A stretch of DNA of 64,000 nucleotides, taken from assembly GCA_951406725.2 (NCBI GenBank), contig OX597837.1:14694001-14758000 (forward strand), in the 5' to 3' direction. Source of the stretch: Octopus vulgaris (Eukaryota). The translations under genes were made by a program, and so were the position numbers. Of this stretch, positions 63,131 through 64,000 are shown one piece after another; within the stretch, counting starts at the first letter, position 1, and each line of letters begins with the position of its first letter. A model generated the notes under the pieces. It saw nothing but the letters and a program-made list of their open reading frames with translations. It ran no database searches and was not told the DNA's origin.

Positions 63131-64000
63131 TGTGGTTTCGAGCTTTGGGACAAAATCGTATTTTTACAAAATTGTATCCTACACTACACGTGACCAAAAG
63201 CCGTTTTAGGGTGAATTAAGTCGTGTTATAGGACTAAATGTTGTTACAAGTATCTTTTTCTGCTAGAAAATAAACGTTAGAAATCTTCTCAAAATATTTC
63301 TCCCTTCTTGGGCCGTTTCACTAAGAATCAATTTTAAAGCTGGTTTCATCCGAACAAGTAAAACAGATTAGGAAACCTTGCTTGGTTGACTAAGTAAACT
63401 AACTGTACGGTTATTTTAGCCCTTTTTAGTACCTCCCTTCTTATGAAGGGAATTTACTCTAAGTTTGTGCGGTACGTAAAATTAAGCTGACCAGAAACAA
63501 CTTTGAACATGGAACTCAGATTTTAAATGCAAAGCAAGGTTTATAAGCTGAGACATCAACTTAAAAAATGGAGCGAGAATTATAATTAGAAACAGAGAGT
63601 TCAAGTACAGAGCAAAGACTTGGAACATGGCAAAGAAGCTCCTAACATGTCTCAAACATCGATTTGTGATGACACCTTTGGACTCATTAGGCCGGAACTT
63701 AACCCAGTCGCTGTGGTGTATAAATGATTGAGATGACAACATAACCTCTTGAATAGGAAGCTAGTCCATCACAAGGTTAACTTCCCAGTTATTGCTGGGA
63801 CTCATTTAGAGTCGAGAGATGTGGAGCAATATGATATGAAATGTTTTGCACAAGAGCACAACACACTGCCCGACCCAAAAATCGAAACCACTACCTCACG
63901 ATCGTGAATGCAACGCCCTTAACCACTCGACCATGTGCCTTTACTGTAACATGCAACAGAGACTTAATAAACAAGAAGCCGATATTTAACATATATAACA

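Overview
AT-rich, microsatellite-saturated eukaryotic (animal) genomic DNA with one 100-N gap. The repeat landscape resembles coleoid cephalopod (Octopus-like) assemblies; this is an inference from recalled repeat families, not a database result. No complete host protein-coding gene is visible, and nearly all listed ORFs are microsatellite artefacts. The window holds: many 5'-truncated RLE-type (Dong/R4-like) non-LTR retrotransposon fragments sitting in (AAT)n tracts; three tRNA-like SINE families; a near-complete mariner element (43898-45188) plus older mariner relics; two non-autonomous Helitrons; an 8-bp-TSD MITE; and a ~32-bp degenerate tandem array rich in CACGTG. Two things stand out. 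(1) A full-length U6 snRNA retrocopy is fused in series to a SINE head and a Dong/R4-like RT fragment, which looks like a double template-jump product. (2) A dense population of type I hammerhead ribozyme motifs, some apparently intact, lies in short (TA)n-anchored, often palindromic elements resembling Penelope pLTRs/retrozymes. A few splice-signal-bounded candidate exons (46770-46794, 56820-56903, ~20377) hint that much of the window is intronic in a + strand gene.
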